A DNA stretch of 45,464 bases from Planctomycetota bacterium (GCA_021413805.1 JAIOPR010000052.1:1-45464), one strand, 5' to 3'. Counted from the first letter of the stretch, positions 1-10,970 are shown. Notes: generated by a model from the letters alone, not told the origin. Numbers and translations: made by a program.

Positions 1-88
1 CGGAAACGCGCTGAAACACCACGGAAAAGCGCTGTAAAACAGCGACGTTTTACCGCGCTTTTCCGCGTGATGTTTCCGCGCGTTTCCG
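1..88. repeat. long imperfect inverted repeat / hairpin (may extend beyond window start)
   Basis: CGGAAACGCG (1-10) pairs with CGCGTTTCCG (79-88), GAAACA with TGTTTC, CGGAAAAGCGC with GCGCTTTTCCG, and GTAAAAC (34-40) with GTTTTAC (47-53) around a 6-nt loop. Confidence 0.75.
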
Positions 89-121
89 CGTTCGCGAAGC
101 GCCATTTTTTGAAGTTCCTAT

Positions 122-215
122 TGGCTGGTGCTCGAGTGGGCAGCTCTCCGAAAATCAGAATTGCTCGCGGACTGGGACCTGGCGAAGCAAGCCCTTCCAC
201 GGCGAAAACCGCGCG
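122..215 (+). pseudogene. possible remnant of the C-terminus of a DUF4160-family protein
   Basis: Translates as LVLEWAALRKSELLADWDLAKQ, resembling the LVxEWAxxHxxELxxxW C-terminal helix of DUF4160 proteins (recalled, not searched). No N-terminal half or RBS. Confidence 0.45.
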
Positions 216-263
216 GCCGGAGGCCTCGGCGGGCGGTTTCTAAGTTCCTGGCGCCAGTCGTGA

Positions 264-851
264 CTACCGGGGCGTTGCCTGGGCGCGCAGCGTCGCTTCG
301 AGCCGGTCAATCTGCTGGGCAAGCATGAGCTGATCTCCCATCGTCATCGCTCGCATCAGGGCCTGCTTGCAGTCGCCCACCGCGCCCTTCAGGTCGCCCA
401 TTTTTTCATGGGCGGTTGCGCGAAGAGTCCAGGAGTCCTGGTCGTCCGGCTGGAACGTGAGTTCACGGTCCACGTCCACAATCGCCTGGCTCCATCTTTG
501 GAGGGCCATGTCGGCACGGGCGCGGATCCTCCAGCACCCTGGGTAGTTGGCAAGCAGCGTGTGGGCGTGGTCACAGTCCGCGATGGCGCCCTCCGGCTTT
601 CCCGCTTTCAGGCGAGCATTTGCCCGGGCCAGGAATATGGATGGGTCCTGGGCATACTCCTCGATCGACTGGTCGAACTTGCGTTCTGCTTCCCCAAACT
701 TGCCCTGCGCGGCGAGTGCGTACCCTTCCTCCGCGAGGCGCCCGGCCTCTCGTGTCCCGAAAGGGTCCGCTCTCCGCGAGAGCCTGCGGTACTTGAGGTA
801 GAGCCCGCCGCAAGCGAGCGCAATCGTCAGCGCAACGCCAACCGTTTTCAT
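264..851 (-). CDS. membrane-anchored tetratricopeptide repeat protein
   Basis: Likely start MKTVGVALTIALACGGLYLKY (hydrophobic anchor). About four TPR-like units follow, e.g. AEEGYALAAQGKFGEAERKFDQSIE and RATAHEKMGDLKGAVGDCKQAL. Confidence 0.8.
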   Translation of the reverse strand: MKTVGVALTIALACGGLYLKYRRLSRRADPFGTREAGRLAEEGYALAAQGKFGEAERKFDQSIEEYAQDPSIFLARANARLKAGKPEGAIADCDHAHTLLANYPGCWRIRARADMALQRWSQAIVDVDRELTFQPDDQDSWTLRATAHEKMGDLKGAVGDCKQALMRAMTMGDQLMLAQQIDRLEATLRAQATPR

Positions 852-1089
852 AGCGGTATTTCCGCCGCCGGCCTGGCGAGGCGGCCGGGAAAGCCTTCCC
901 GAAGGGGCTCTCGGCTCTGGGACTTGGCGATTCGATCGAAGTGGCATCAAGATTTCCCCGGAGAGTATCGCTGCCCTGTCTTCGCCCGCCCACGTCAGCT
1001 TCACCGGCAACCGCCTCGCCGATTTCGGACCTCCTGCTCGTTCATTCCCACGCGTCCCCGAACCGCATCATCCGAAGCCATCAACCGCC

Positions 1090-4000
1090 CTATGGAATCG
1101 TGAATGTTCCCTCTGCCGTCCACGCGCCGCCGGCCCAGGAGGAGTCGACCGCCTGAACAGACCAGTAGTAGGTCCCGGACGGAAGAAAGAGGGTCGCGGA
1201 GGTCCCCTGGGTCGGCCCGCGGCGCGGAAGCCGAGCCAGGCCGCTTCCAGAATCCGCCATCGGCACGAAGACTTCTGATCCGCCTGGGGATGTCCCGACG
1301 CGAAGGTTGTAACTGAGGCCGGCGGCGGGGGTGTGGTCGTCGGAAGCAGCGGACCAGGACAGGTTGACGAAGCCGGCGCCGGTGGCGGCAGAGGGAGAGC
1401 CCGCGGAGGAAGGGCCTGAGTTGGAAGCGATGATGTTGTTGCGGTAGATTTTCCCGACGATGGCCGCTCCATTGGCCACGCCGGTGATGGCGATGTCCAG
1501 GTCGCCGTCGTTGTCTTCGTCGCCGAAGGCCGTCGCCCCGCGGGTGACGTCCATGAGACCGGCGTTGCAGTCGGCAAACGCGCCGCCGCTGTTCAGGTAA
1601 AGGCGCGTGTAATACGGGCTGGCGCCGGAGACCTGCCCGGACACGACGAGATCGAGGTCTCCATCGTTATCGAAGTCGCCCCATTCGGCGGAGGAGTCCC
1701 CCAACTTCAGGAGAGGCGCCCCGATGTTCGTGAAGACGCCGCTGCCATCGTTCCGGTAGATCTTCGCCGACGAGTAGCCCACGGCCGCGAGATCGAGGTC
1801 TCCGTCCGCGTCGTAGTCGCCCCACGCCAGGGAGCAGGCGTAGATGCCGGTCAGGCCGGCGACGATGTCCGTAAACGTCCCTCCGCCGTCATTTCGGTAG
1901 ATGTGGCAGTTCGCCGAACCGGGGCCGTCCCCGGCCAGGGCCAGGTCCAGGTCGCCGTCGTTGTCGTAGTCGCCCCACTGGATCGCGCAGCTGTGGACCC
2001 CTAGGAGGGAGGCCCCGATGTCCACGAAGCTGCCGCCGCCATCGTTGCGGTAGATTTTCGACACCGAGATCGCGGCGGGGTACTGCTCCCCGCACAGGGC
2101 CAGGTCGAGGTCGCCATCGCGATCGTAATCGCCCCACGCGAACGCCCCTTCATGCACTCCGGCCAGCACGGCGCCCGAGTCGACGAAGACGCCGCCCCCA
2201 TCGTTCCGGTACAGGATCGTGGTGTCCGATCCGGCGGCGTAGCCCGAAACGACGAAGTCGAGGTCGCCGTCCCGGTCGTAGTCGCCCCACGCGATGGCGG
2301 CCCAGTCCATGTTCGCAAACGTGCCGCCGATATCCGCATAGACGCCCACGCCGTCATTCCGGTAAATGCGGGTCTTGGGAAATCCGAGCGGGCATCCCGA
2401 GATGCCGATGTCGAGGTCTCCGTCCCCGTCGTAATCTCCCCACGCCATCGCGTGCCAGGTGCCAACGAAGGTGGTCCCGGTGTCCGACCAGGCGTTGATG
2501 GTGAAGTCGGCGTCGGAAGAATCCGTCCAGGGCCCCGATGCGTCGGAGACGCGGAGCCGGGCGGTGCCGGAGGGCATCGATGGAACCGAAATCGATTCCG
2601 TCCCGTCGTCGGCGGTTCCCATCGCGAGCGGCAGCCAGGTGATGCCGTCCACCGAATATTGGATGTCGACGAGGCCTGAAGTGCCGTGCGAAGCCCACAG
2701 CACCGTGGCGGTCGTCCCGATCCTCCATACCTCCTGGCCGTTCGGGCTGTTCACGCGGATTCCGTCGAATGTGAACGTCCCTTCCGTTGCCCAGGCACCT
2801 CCCTTGAATCCCGCGTCGATGGCCTGGACGCTCCAGAAGTAGGACCCGGGGTTGAGAACGAGGGACTCGGCGATCCCCTGCAGAGGCCCGCGCCGCGGGA
2901 CGCGACGCAACCCGGTTGCGGGGTCCGACATCGTCGCGAAGATTTCGTCGCTTCCGGATGTCGTACCGATCCGCAGGTTGTAGGCGAGCCCGGATGCGGG
3001 CGTGTGGTCGTCGGTCGCGGCGGTCCAGGAGAACGCGACGACAAATCCGGCGCCTGGGGTGGCGCTGAGCCCGGCGGGAGCGGCGGGGGCGGAGTCCGAG
3101 GCAACGACGCCGTTGCGATAGATGCCCGCAAATGCACCGCCTGACGCGATTCCAGCGACGGCGAGGTCCAGGTCGCCGTCGCCATCCTCATCGCCAAGGG
3201 AAAGCGCGCCGCTGTAGACTCCGGTCAGGGGGGCTCCCGTGTCGACGAACGCACCGCCCGTGTTGCTGTAGACCTTTGTCACGAACCCGCCGAAACTCGC
3301 GCCGCAAACAGCGAGGTCGAGGTCGCCGTCATTGTCGACATCACCCCACCTGATGCAGGCGTATTCCACCCCGGTCAGGCCCGCCGCGATGTCGGTGAAG
3401 ACACCTCCACCGTCGTTGCGGTAGATCTGCGCGACGCCGGAGAAAATATTTGAGCCGGCAATGGCCAGGTCGAGATCGCCGTCATTGTCGAAGTCGCCCC
3501 AGTCGAGTGAGGAATACTGGAGTCCCGGAAAGGCAGGCGTCACATTCGTGAAACTCGTCCCGTCATTGCGGTAAAGCCAGGTGCGTTTGCCGACGTAGGT
3601 CGTGATCCCGGTCATGGCGAGGTCCAGGTCCCCGTCGTTGTCGTAGTCGCCCCACTTCAGCGTCCCTAGATACATCCCGATGAACGAGAGGCCGCTGTCC
3701 CTGAACTGATCCACGTCATTCCGGTAGATCTTCACGATGTCCCCGAGCGAAGAGTTCCCCATGAGCGCGAGGTCCAGATCGCCGTCACGGTCATAGTCCC
3801 CCCACGCCAGGGAGCCCATGATAACTCCCTTCAGCGGCGCACCGACGTCGGTGAAAACGTCTCCGCCATCGTTGCGGTAGATGCAGGACGCACCGGCGCC
3901 GCCCGCCACGGTGCCCGCAAGCGCGAGGTCCAGGTCGCCGTCGCGATCGAAATCGCCCCAGGTGATTGCGCAGCGCCCCCCGACACCCTTCAGCCCTGCC

Positions 4001-5653
4001 GTGACGTCAACAAACGTCCCCGAGTCGTTCCGGTATACCGCAGAGGTCGGCGTGCCGCCCACATCCCCTGCCACGGCGAGGTCCAGATCCCCGTCATGGT
4101 CGTAATCGCCCCACTCCAATGCGCACGCTGCGAACCCTGGAAGCCCGGCGCCGATGTCCGTCCAGATCCCGGCGATGGCGAAAACCGCGTCCGAAGTGTC
4201 CGACAAGGAGCCGCCGGTCTGCTTGACCCGCACCCGAGCCGTGGCCGAAGACGGAGCAGGAACGCTCACCACCTGGGAGCCGTCATTGGCGGTTCCCGCC
4301 ACAAGGGAAGTCCACGTGGACCCGTCGATCGACAGGTCGATATCGACGCTGCCTGCGATCCCCGCGGAGAGCCAGGTGACCGTCGCAGAAGTGCCCACAT
4401 ACCAGGTTTCTCCCCCGTTGGGGCTGATGACCTGCAGACCCGCGATCGTGAAGTCCGCGTCCGAGTCGTCCGTCATCGACCCCGCCGTCTGCTTCACCCG
4501 GACACGCGCCGTTGTGCTCAGCGTCGTCGGCGCCGTGACTCCCGTGCTCCCGTCGTTCGGCGTCGAGGCGGCAAGCGTCGTCCACGACACGCCGTCCGTT
4601 GAGATCTGGACATCCACCGTCCCGCCAAATCCTGCCGCGGCCCAGGTCACGGTCTCGCTTCCTCCCGCCGACCAGGATTCTCCGCCGTTCGGACTCGTGA
4701 CCATAATCCCGGTGATCGTGAAATCGGCGTCCGAAACGTCGCTGGCCGATCCCCCCGACCCTTTTACCCGTACCCGCGCCAGCGTCGAAGGCGTGGGCGG
4801 AACGGTGACCAATTGCGCTCCATCGTTCGCGGTGCCTGCCAGCAGCGTGCTCCAGGTGCTTCCATCCGTCGTCAGCTCGAGATCCACCGATCCCGAAAGC
4901 CCCGCCGACGCCCACGTCACCGTCGCCGTCCCGCCCGCGACACATGTCTCCCCACCGTTCGGCGCCGTCACCTGCACTCCGGCGACCGTGAAATCAGAGT
5001 TTGATTCATCCGTCGCAGACCCGCCGGACTGCGTCACGCGAACCCGGGCAGTGGTCGTCGGCCCTACGGGCGCGGTCACCGATTCAGTCCCGTCGTTTGA
5101 AGTGCCCGTCGCGAGGGCGACCCAGGTCGACCCGTCGGGCGAGAATTCGATGTCCAGGGTGCCCGGGAATCCCGCGGCGCTCCAGGTCACGGTCTCCGCT
5201 GCGCCCGAGGACCACGACTCCCCGCCGTTCGGGCTGCTCACCAGCATCCCCGCGACCGTGAAATCCGCATCCGACACGTCACTCGCTCCGGTGCCCGTTT
5301 CCTTCACACGCACGCGGGCCACAGCGCTCGGCGTCGGCGGCGCCGTCACGCTCTCGCTTCCATCATTGCCCGTCCCCGTAACGAGGGGGATCCAGGTGAT
5401 CCCGTCGAGCGTGATCTCCAGGTCCACCAGGCTGGTCACGAGGCCGGGAGTCCACGAGACGGTCTCGGAAGCGCCAATGGTCCAGGTTTCGCCGCCGTTG
5501 GGGCTGGTGACAACCGGAGAGGGGGGAGGTGGAGGCGGCGGGGGCGGGGGCTCCCGAAGAGCCGGAGCTTCCTCCGCCACCTCCGTGCTTGCAGCCTGAA
5601 CTGACCAGCGAGGCCAACAGAAGCGCCGCGACCCCGTACCGGAAAAATGGCAT
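1090..5653 (-). CDS. large surface lipoprotein with SPNGGE Ig-like repeats, two 7-bladed FG-GAP/VCBS propellers and two Fn3-like domains (frameshift near 5521-5550)
   Basis: The 1090..5580 ORF has 6 (S/A)PNG(G/Q)E domains and 14 GDxDxDGDLD repeats in two sets of 7, each set followed by an Fn3-like WxAAxDDHTP..YxWSVQA domain. The lipoprotein signal MPFFRYGVAALLLASLVSSGC (ATG 5653, purine-rich RBS) lies one base out of frame. Confidence 0.85.
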
Positions 5654-5880
5654 CACACTTCCCTCCCTTCCAGTTGAATTCAGCGCGCATCCTAGCCAGT
5701 CAACCGGAAGGCCACAAGAGGCCCTCCCAACTGACATGGGCCGAATCGAACGGCCGAACGAACTACTTCACGGTCCAGCTATCCCGCCTGGTTCCGGACC
5801 CGCGAACGCCATGGTGTAATCTCCAGCGCTCTCACCGTGACAACACGCGCGACGTCCGCCCGTTCAGCACCGGAGCCCCC

Positions 5881-6594
5881 TTGTCCAACGACCTCGAACT
5901 CTACGATCGCCACGCTGCGGAATGGTGGGTGCCGGGCGCCCCCGCGTTCCGGACTCTTCACGCCATCCACGAATTCCGCGCGCCGATGCTCTTCGAATGG
6001 CTGGGCGAAGTGGCCTCCCACGGCCGCGTCATCGACGTCGGCTGCGGCGGCGGGTACTTCGTGGAGGATTTCGCCCGGCGCGGCGCGCGAGTGCTCGGCG
6101 TGGACCTGAGCGGAGCCAGCCTCGCGGCTTCCCGGCGGCACGCCGCTTCGGCCGGCACTCCCGCTTCTGATTACGCCCGCGGCGACGCCCTCGCCCTCCC
6201 CGTCCGCGACGGCTGCGCCGACGGCATCCTCGTGTGCGACCTGCTGGAACATACGCATTTCTGGAAGCGCGTCGTCGGCGAAGCCGCCCGGGTCCTGAAG
6301 CCGGGGGGCTGGATGTTCGCGACGACGCTCAACCGGACGTTCCTGGCGCGTGTCGTCGCCGTCTGGATCGGCGAAGGGCTCGGGTTCGTGCCGCGCGGCA
6401 CGCACGACGCCTCGATGTTCATCCGCCCCGGCGACCTCATCGAGGCCGCCGGCGCGTTCGGCCTCACCCTCGAACAGCAGATGGGCGAACGCCCCCGGAT
6501 TCTCGCAACGCTTCGCCGGAGAACCGTGATCATGGCGAAGAGCCGGATGATGGGGGTTACGTACAGCGTGCTGTTCCGGAAGAGGCAGGCGTAG
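5881..6594 (+). CDS. ubiG: UbiG-like SAM-dependent O-methyltransferase
   Basis: YDRHAAEWW N-terminus, motif I VIDVGCGGG, LLEH, LKPGG, TTLNRT and PRGTHD..FIRP are typical of the UbiG family. TTG start after GGAG. Exact substrate uncertain. Confidence 0.75.
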   Translation: MSNDLELYDRHAAEWWVPGAPAFRTLHAIHEFRAPMLFEWLGEVASHGRVIDVGCGGGYFVEDFARRGARVLGVDLSGASLAASRRHAASAGTPASDYARGDALALPVRDGCADGILVCDLLEHTHFWKRVVGEAARVLKPGGWMFATTLNRTFLARVVAVWIGEGLGFVPRGTHDASMFIRPGDLIEAAGAFGLTLEQQMGERPRILATLRRRTVIMAKSRMMGVTYSVLFRKRQA

Positions 6595-6684
6595 GTCGGC
6601 CGTTCGTGAAGGTAAGGAAGGGGCACGTGGCCCTGTTTTACCGCTCCTGGCGACTTCCTCCCTCCGGTTTCCTGGGAGTCGCGT

Positions 6685-6700
6685 TGGCACAGGTGTTGCG
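6685..6700 (+). promoter_or_regulatory. sigma54 -24/-12 promoter
   Basis: TGGCAC-AGGTG-TTGCG, about 40 bp upstream of ATG 6739. Confidence 0.8.
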
Positions 6701-6738
6701 CTCTTCCGGTGCGGAAGTCACCTCTAGAGGAGCGCCCC

Positions 6739-6921
6739 ATGTCCAAACCCCGAGCTTTCAGCCCCAACCAGCCCACCGGCGGCGCCATTTCCAGGAATTC
6801 CCGCGGTCAGGATGCCCGCGAGCAAGCCTCTGGCATGGCGCGCCCGCACGTCGAGCCGAGTCACCAGCACAACCACGACCGGAAGATGCAGGCGATGAGG
6901 CGCGTCAAAAAGACAAAGTGA
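6739..6921 (+). CDS. small basic hydrophilic hypothetical protein (60 aa)
   Basis: Strong RBS AGAGGAG, its own sigma54 promoter, and it fits the intergenic gap. Sequence MSKPRAFSPNQ...MRRVKKTK. Confidence 0.65.
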   Translation: MSKPRAFSPNQPTGGAISRNSRGQDAREQASGMARPHVEPSHQHNHDRKMQAMRRVKKTK

Positions 6922-6936
6922 GTTTCTGCAGGCGAC

Positions 6937-8907
6937 CTACTTCCGGAACCGGTACACCCGGATCGATCCCGCCCGCAGGATCGCCAGCCGCTTCATGTCC
7001 GTGGACACCGCCCATGCGTCGATGCGCGGGAACTCGACGGTCCTCGCCACCCGGAACGCCGGCGTGTACCAGAGCGTGACATAGGTTCCGTTGACGCCGA
7101 TCGCCGAAGTGGCATCCAGGAACTGGAAGAACTGCACCGGCACGTCCTCCGCCTTGTCGAGGTCCAGGTTCGACGGCGCGAGGCGCCTCGTATAGCCGTC
7201 CACCGTCCAGACGAGCCAGCGTTTCGCTGGGTCCAGCGCCACCTGCGCGTTCCGCCCCCTCCGCGTTTCTTCGAACACCCGCGTCCCTTTGGCGTCGTAC
7301 ACCAGTGTGCCCACTTTGCCTTCGTCGGGAAGCGACGCGGTCATGGCGAGGAACGAGGAATCCTCGGCCCAGGCCACACTCTGCAGATAACGGTTGGCGC
7401 GGGTCAGTGCGGTGCCGCTTCCACCGCGCCCTTTGAACACCGGCCGGAGCCAGACGCCGTCCTCGCCCTCGGTGGCGACGTGGAGGGCGCCGTTAGGGGA
7501 AGTGGCCTCGGGGAGCATGGCGTCGGAATCCTTTTTCGGGTCGAACTTGCGGACCTGCAGGCCCGTCGCGGCGTCCCAGATTTCGCTGTCGCGGGCGGAG
7601 GTCAGCGCGACCTGGGTGCGGCCTGGCCCGGGGAGACCGGTCGTCTGGAAGCCAAGGGCGCCGGGGGCGGCATCGCGGACGATCGTGGTCTTCCCCGTGG
7701 CGGCGTCGGCGAAGATGAAGTCGTTTCCCCAGGCGACGACGCGGGAGTCGTCTCGCGTCCAGGCGAGGTCCCGGATGCGCGGCGTGGCCGGGTAGCGGGC
7801 CGGCTGGTCGGGTGCGCGCCAGGTGACGACGGCGCCGTCGGGGTCGATTGCCATCAGTCGGCCTTCGCTCGGGTGGAACGCGGCCACGCAGGCGTCGAAC
7901 ACCCCGGGCGGCGCCGTGTACGTTTCCAGCGTGCCGTCCACTTCCCACACGCCCAGCCCGCCGGAAAAGCCGACCGCGACCTTGTGGCCGCCGCCATTGA
8001 CCGACACCGAGCGCGGTGGACCGCCCACAGACACCTCGACGCTGCCCCACCGGACTTTTCCGCTCGCGAACGCCACGACGGGCGTCCCGTCCGTCAGCGC
8101 CGAGAGCGCGCGGATCGCCTCACCCTTCGCCTCCCGTTTCGTCTCCTTCCCCGTCTCGATCGAGACCGTCACCAGCGCGCCGCTCTCTCCCCCGGCGATC
8201 ACCGATCCGTCCGACGTCGCGCAAAGGCTCGAGATCCGCTCCGCCTTCAGGTCCAGCCGGCTGCGGTCCTTCCCCGTCGTCGCCTCGGCGATCACCAGTT
8301 CCCCCGCGGCCGACAGGTACACGACCGATTCCCCGTCCTCGCTCCACGCCACTCCGCGTGACGGCGCCGGCGACAGCACCCGCTCCCGCTCGCCTTTCGC
8401 CAGGTTCCAGATCTCCACCCGGTCCGCCGCCACGATCAGCCTCTCCCCCGACGGCTCGAACTGCATCGATGTCACCGGCTTCGATCCCGTATCCAGCCAG
8501 GACTCCGAGCGAAGCGGCTTCAGCGTCCAGAGGAACACGCCTCCCCCGGGGGCCGCGGTCGCGAAGTGCGCATCGGCCGGACTCCCCGCAATGGCGCGGC
8601 AGATCCCGCCGGGAATCGCGATCTCCGTTTCCAGCACGAACTCCGTGTCCAGCAGCTTTCGCTCGTCGATCCGCATCAGAACCCACGCCACCCAGGCCTT
8701 CCTCAGCAACTCCGTCACTTTCGCCGTCCGCAGCGGCGCTTCGCTCGCCGCCCTCAACTCATACAGCCGGTCGGAAGCCTTCTCGCGCGTGGACAGGTCG
8801 TCGGCACCGAGGTCCTCGATAAGACGGTCGATCTCGCCGGGAGCAGGTTCCTGGGCGCGGGAGAAGAGCGGGAGACAGAGGACGAAGCCAAGGAGGAATC
8901 GGTTCAT
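6937..8907 (-). CDS. secreted WD40/beta-propeller protein with N-terminal HEAT-like helical segment
   Basis: Signal peptide MNRFLLGFVLCLPLFSRA, HEAT-like IDRLIEDLGADDLSTREKAS, and many WD-like blades (VTSMQFEPSGERL, VAWSEDG, AFHPSEGRL, LAWTRDDSR). Confidence 0.8.
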   Translation of the reverse strand: MNRFLLGFVLCLPLFSRAQEPAPGEIDRLIEDLGADDLSTREKASDRLYELRAASEAPLRTAKVTELLRKAWVAWVLMRIDERKLLDTEFVLETEIAIPGGICRAIAGSPADAHFATAAPGGGVFLWTLKPLRSESWLDTGSKPVTSMQFEPSGERLIVAADRVEIWNLAKGERERVLSPAPSRGVAWSEDGESVVYLSAAGELVIAEATTGKDRSRLDLKAERISSLCATSDGSVIAGGESGALVTVSIETGKETKREAKGEAIRALSALTDGTPVVAFASGKVRWGSVEVSVGGPPRSVSVNGGGHKVAVGFSGGLGVWEVDGTLETYTAPPGVFDACVAAFHPSEGRLMAIDPDGAVVTWRAPDQPARYPATPRIRDLAWTRDDSRVVAWGNDFIFADAATGKTTIVRDAAPGALGFQTTGLPGPGRTQVALTSARDSEIWDAATGLQVRKFDPKKDSDAMLPEATSPNGALHVATEGEDGVWLRPVFKGRGGSGTALTRANRYLQSVAWAEDSSFLAMTASLPDEGKVGTLVYDAKGTRVFEETRRGRNAQVALDPAKRWLVWTVDGYTRRLAPSNLDLDKAEDVPVQFFQFLDATSAIGVNGTYVTLWYTPAFRVARTVEFPRIDAWAVSTDMKRLAILRAGSIRVYRFRK

Positions 8908-9033
8908 ACCTGCAGTGTAACGGGAGGAGGGAGTGCGAAGCGAGTGGCGGGCTGGGTGTCAGGATTACCGGGCAGGAATGCTCCGGAAACCTGGCAAGTT
9001 CGCCCCTGAGGCCCGCCCCGCTTCGCTCAGGCC

Positions 9034-9049
9034 CGGCACGGGTCTTGCG
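9034..9049 (+). promoter_or_regulatory. sigma54 -24/-12 promoter
   Basis: CGGCAC-GGGTC-TTGCG upstream of the lipid kinase gene. Confidence 0.75.
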
Positions 9050-9145
9050 CCACCTCAAGGGCTTAGGCCGGGAATTGGCTGACAGGCAGATGCTTCGCCT
9101 GGAGTTCTTTGAGTCCGACACGCACTCCTTGCTCCCCCGTGATCC

Positions 9146-10060
9146 ATGATGCCTTCAACCCTGCCCGTGATCGTCAACATCGCTGCCGGCAAGGGCCACG
9201 GCACGGTGAGTCTCGACGCGATTCGCGAAGCGTTTCGCGCCGCGGGGAGGGATGTGGATATTCTGCCGGCCCGGGACATCGCCGAACTTGAGTCGCTCTC
9301 GCGGCGCGCCGCGGCGGAGGCTCATCCCACCATCGTCGCCGCGGGTGGCGACGGGACGCTGAGCGCGGTGGCCGCGGCCATCGTGGATTCCCCCAGCGCA
9401 CTCGGTGTGCTGCCGCTCGGGACCCTGAACCACTTCGCACGGGACCTTCGCATTCCGCTGGTGCTTGAAGAAGCCGCGCGCACCATCGCAGCAGGCAACG
9501 CGGTGATGGTGGACGTGGGAGAGGTCAATGGCCGGGTCTTCATCAATAACTCGAGCATCGGCCTCTATCCCACCGTGGTCCTGCACCGCAAAAACCAGCA
9601 GCGGCGCCTCGGGCGCAGCAAGTGGCAGGCGTTCTTCTGGGCGACCCTGACCGTGCTGGGGCGCCATCCGATGCTGGACGTCCGGTTGAGCCTGGACGAC
9701 GTCCCTGTCGCCCGTCGTACCCCGCTCGTCTTCGTCGGCAACAACGATTACATGATGGAAGGATTCCAGGTCGGCACGCGCGGTCGCTTCGACGCCGGGC
9801 GGCTGTGCGTTTACCTCACCCAGCGCCAGAGCCGCTGGGCGCTCATCCGGCTCGGACTGCACGCACTCTTCGGCACGATCAAGACGGCGAAACAATTCGA
9901 GTCGCTCACCGCCCGCACCGTCAGCATCTCGACGCGCCACGCCCGCCTCCCCGTCGCGACCGACGGCGAAGTCACCGTGATGGCGATGCCCCTCAACTAC
10001 CGGATCCGCCGCGGCGCCCTCAAGGTGATCGTGCCGCTTCCCGAAGCGCAGAACAACTGA
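9146..10060 (+). CDS. diacylglycerol/lipid kinase family protein (YegS/DAGK-like)
   Basis: Motifs VIVNIAAG, AAGGDGT, LPLGTLNHFARDL, FINNSSIG and TDGE. Confidence 0.9.
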   Translation: MMPSTLPVIVNIAAGKGHGTVSLDAIREAFRAAGRDVDILPARDIAELESLSRRAAAEAHPTIVAAGGDGTLSAVAAAIVDSPSALGVLPLGTLNHFARDLRIPLVLEEAARTIAAGNAVMVDVGEVNGRVFINNSSIGLYPTVVLHRKNQQRRLGRSKWQAFFWATLTVLGRHPMLDVRLSLDDVPVARRTPLVFVGNNDYMMEGFQVGTRGRFDAGRLCVYLTQRQSRWALIRLGLHALFGTIKTAKQFESLTARTVSISTRHARLPVATDGEVTVMAMPLNYRIRRGALKVIVPLPEAQNN

Positions 10061-10869
10061 TGCGCATCATCGCCCACCTGTCGGACCTGCATTTCGGGCG
10101 CGTGGACGAAGCGCTCCTCGAGCCGCTGCGGCTTCGAGTTCGGGAACTGGCGCCCCACCTCGTCGTGGTCTCGGGCGACCTCACGCAGCGCGCCCGGCCG
10201 TCGCAGTTCCTCGCCGCCCGGCGCTACCTCGATTCGCTTCCCCAACCGCAGGTCGTCGTCCCCGGCAACCACGACGTGCCGCTCTACAACGTCTTCCAGC
10301 GCTTCTTCCAGCCGTTCCACAAGTATCGGCGATTCATCAATGAGGACCTCGAACCCGGGTTCTGCGACGAAGAGATCGCGGTGGTCGGCATCAACACGTC
10401 GCGCTCCTTTACCTGGAAGGAAGGGAGCATCAATGCAGGCCAGGTCGCGAAGGTGCGCGCGAAGCTCTTCGGCGGCCCCGCGAATGTCGCGAAGATCATC
10501 GTGACGCACCACCCGTTCGACGTCCCCGAGGGGCGCGACGAGAACCAGCTCGTTGCCCGCGCGGAGATGGCGATGAAAGTTTTCGCCGAGTGCGGCGCCG
10601 ACATCCTGCTCTCCGGGCATCTGCACACGACCCACACGACGCATTCCGCCGAGCGCTACAGGATCCCCGGCCATTCCGCGCTGATCGTCCAGGCGGGAAG
10701 CGCCACTTCCACCCGGACCCGCGGCGAGTCGAACAGTTTCAACGTGCTTCACGTGACGCCCGGCGACATCCGCATCGATCGCTACACCTGGGAGCCCGGG
10801 AAGAACGAGTTTTCGCACGCCGGAAGCGAGGAATTCTCGCGCGCATCGGAGGGCTGGCATCGCAAATGA
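10060..10869 (+). CDS. calcineurin-like metallophosphoesterase (CpdA/Icc-like)
   Basis: Motifs HLSDLHFG, SGDLTQ, PGNHD, THHP and GHLH. TGATG overlap with the upstream kinase gene. Confidence 0.9.
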   Translation: MRIIAHLSDLHFGRVDEALLEPLRLRVRELAPHLVVVSGDLTQRARPSQFLAARRYLDSLPQPQVVVPGNHDVPLYNVFQRFFQPFHKYRRFINEDLEPGFCDEEIAVVGINTSRSFTWKEGSINAGQVAKVRAKLFGGPANVAKIIVTHHPFDVPEGRDENQLVARAEMAMKVFAECGADILLSGHLHTTHTTHSAERYRIPGHSALIVQAGSATSTRTRGESNSFNVLHVTPGDIRIDRYTWEPGKNEFSHAGSEEFSRASEGWHRK

Positions 10870-10970
10870 GGCGCCGGAAGAACTCGCCACGGAGGCAGTG
10901 AATCATGGGGACGAGTCCAACCTTCTTGTTCTGCCTCAATCGTCGCCCCTGGCGGTCCGCCTCGCTTCAG

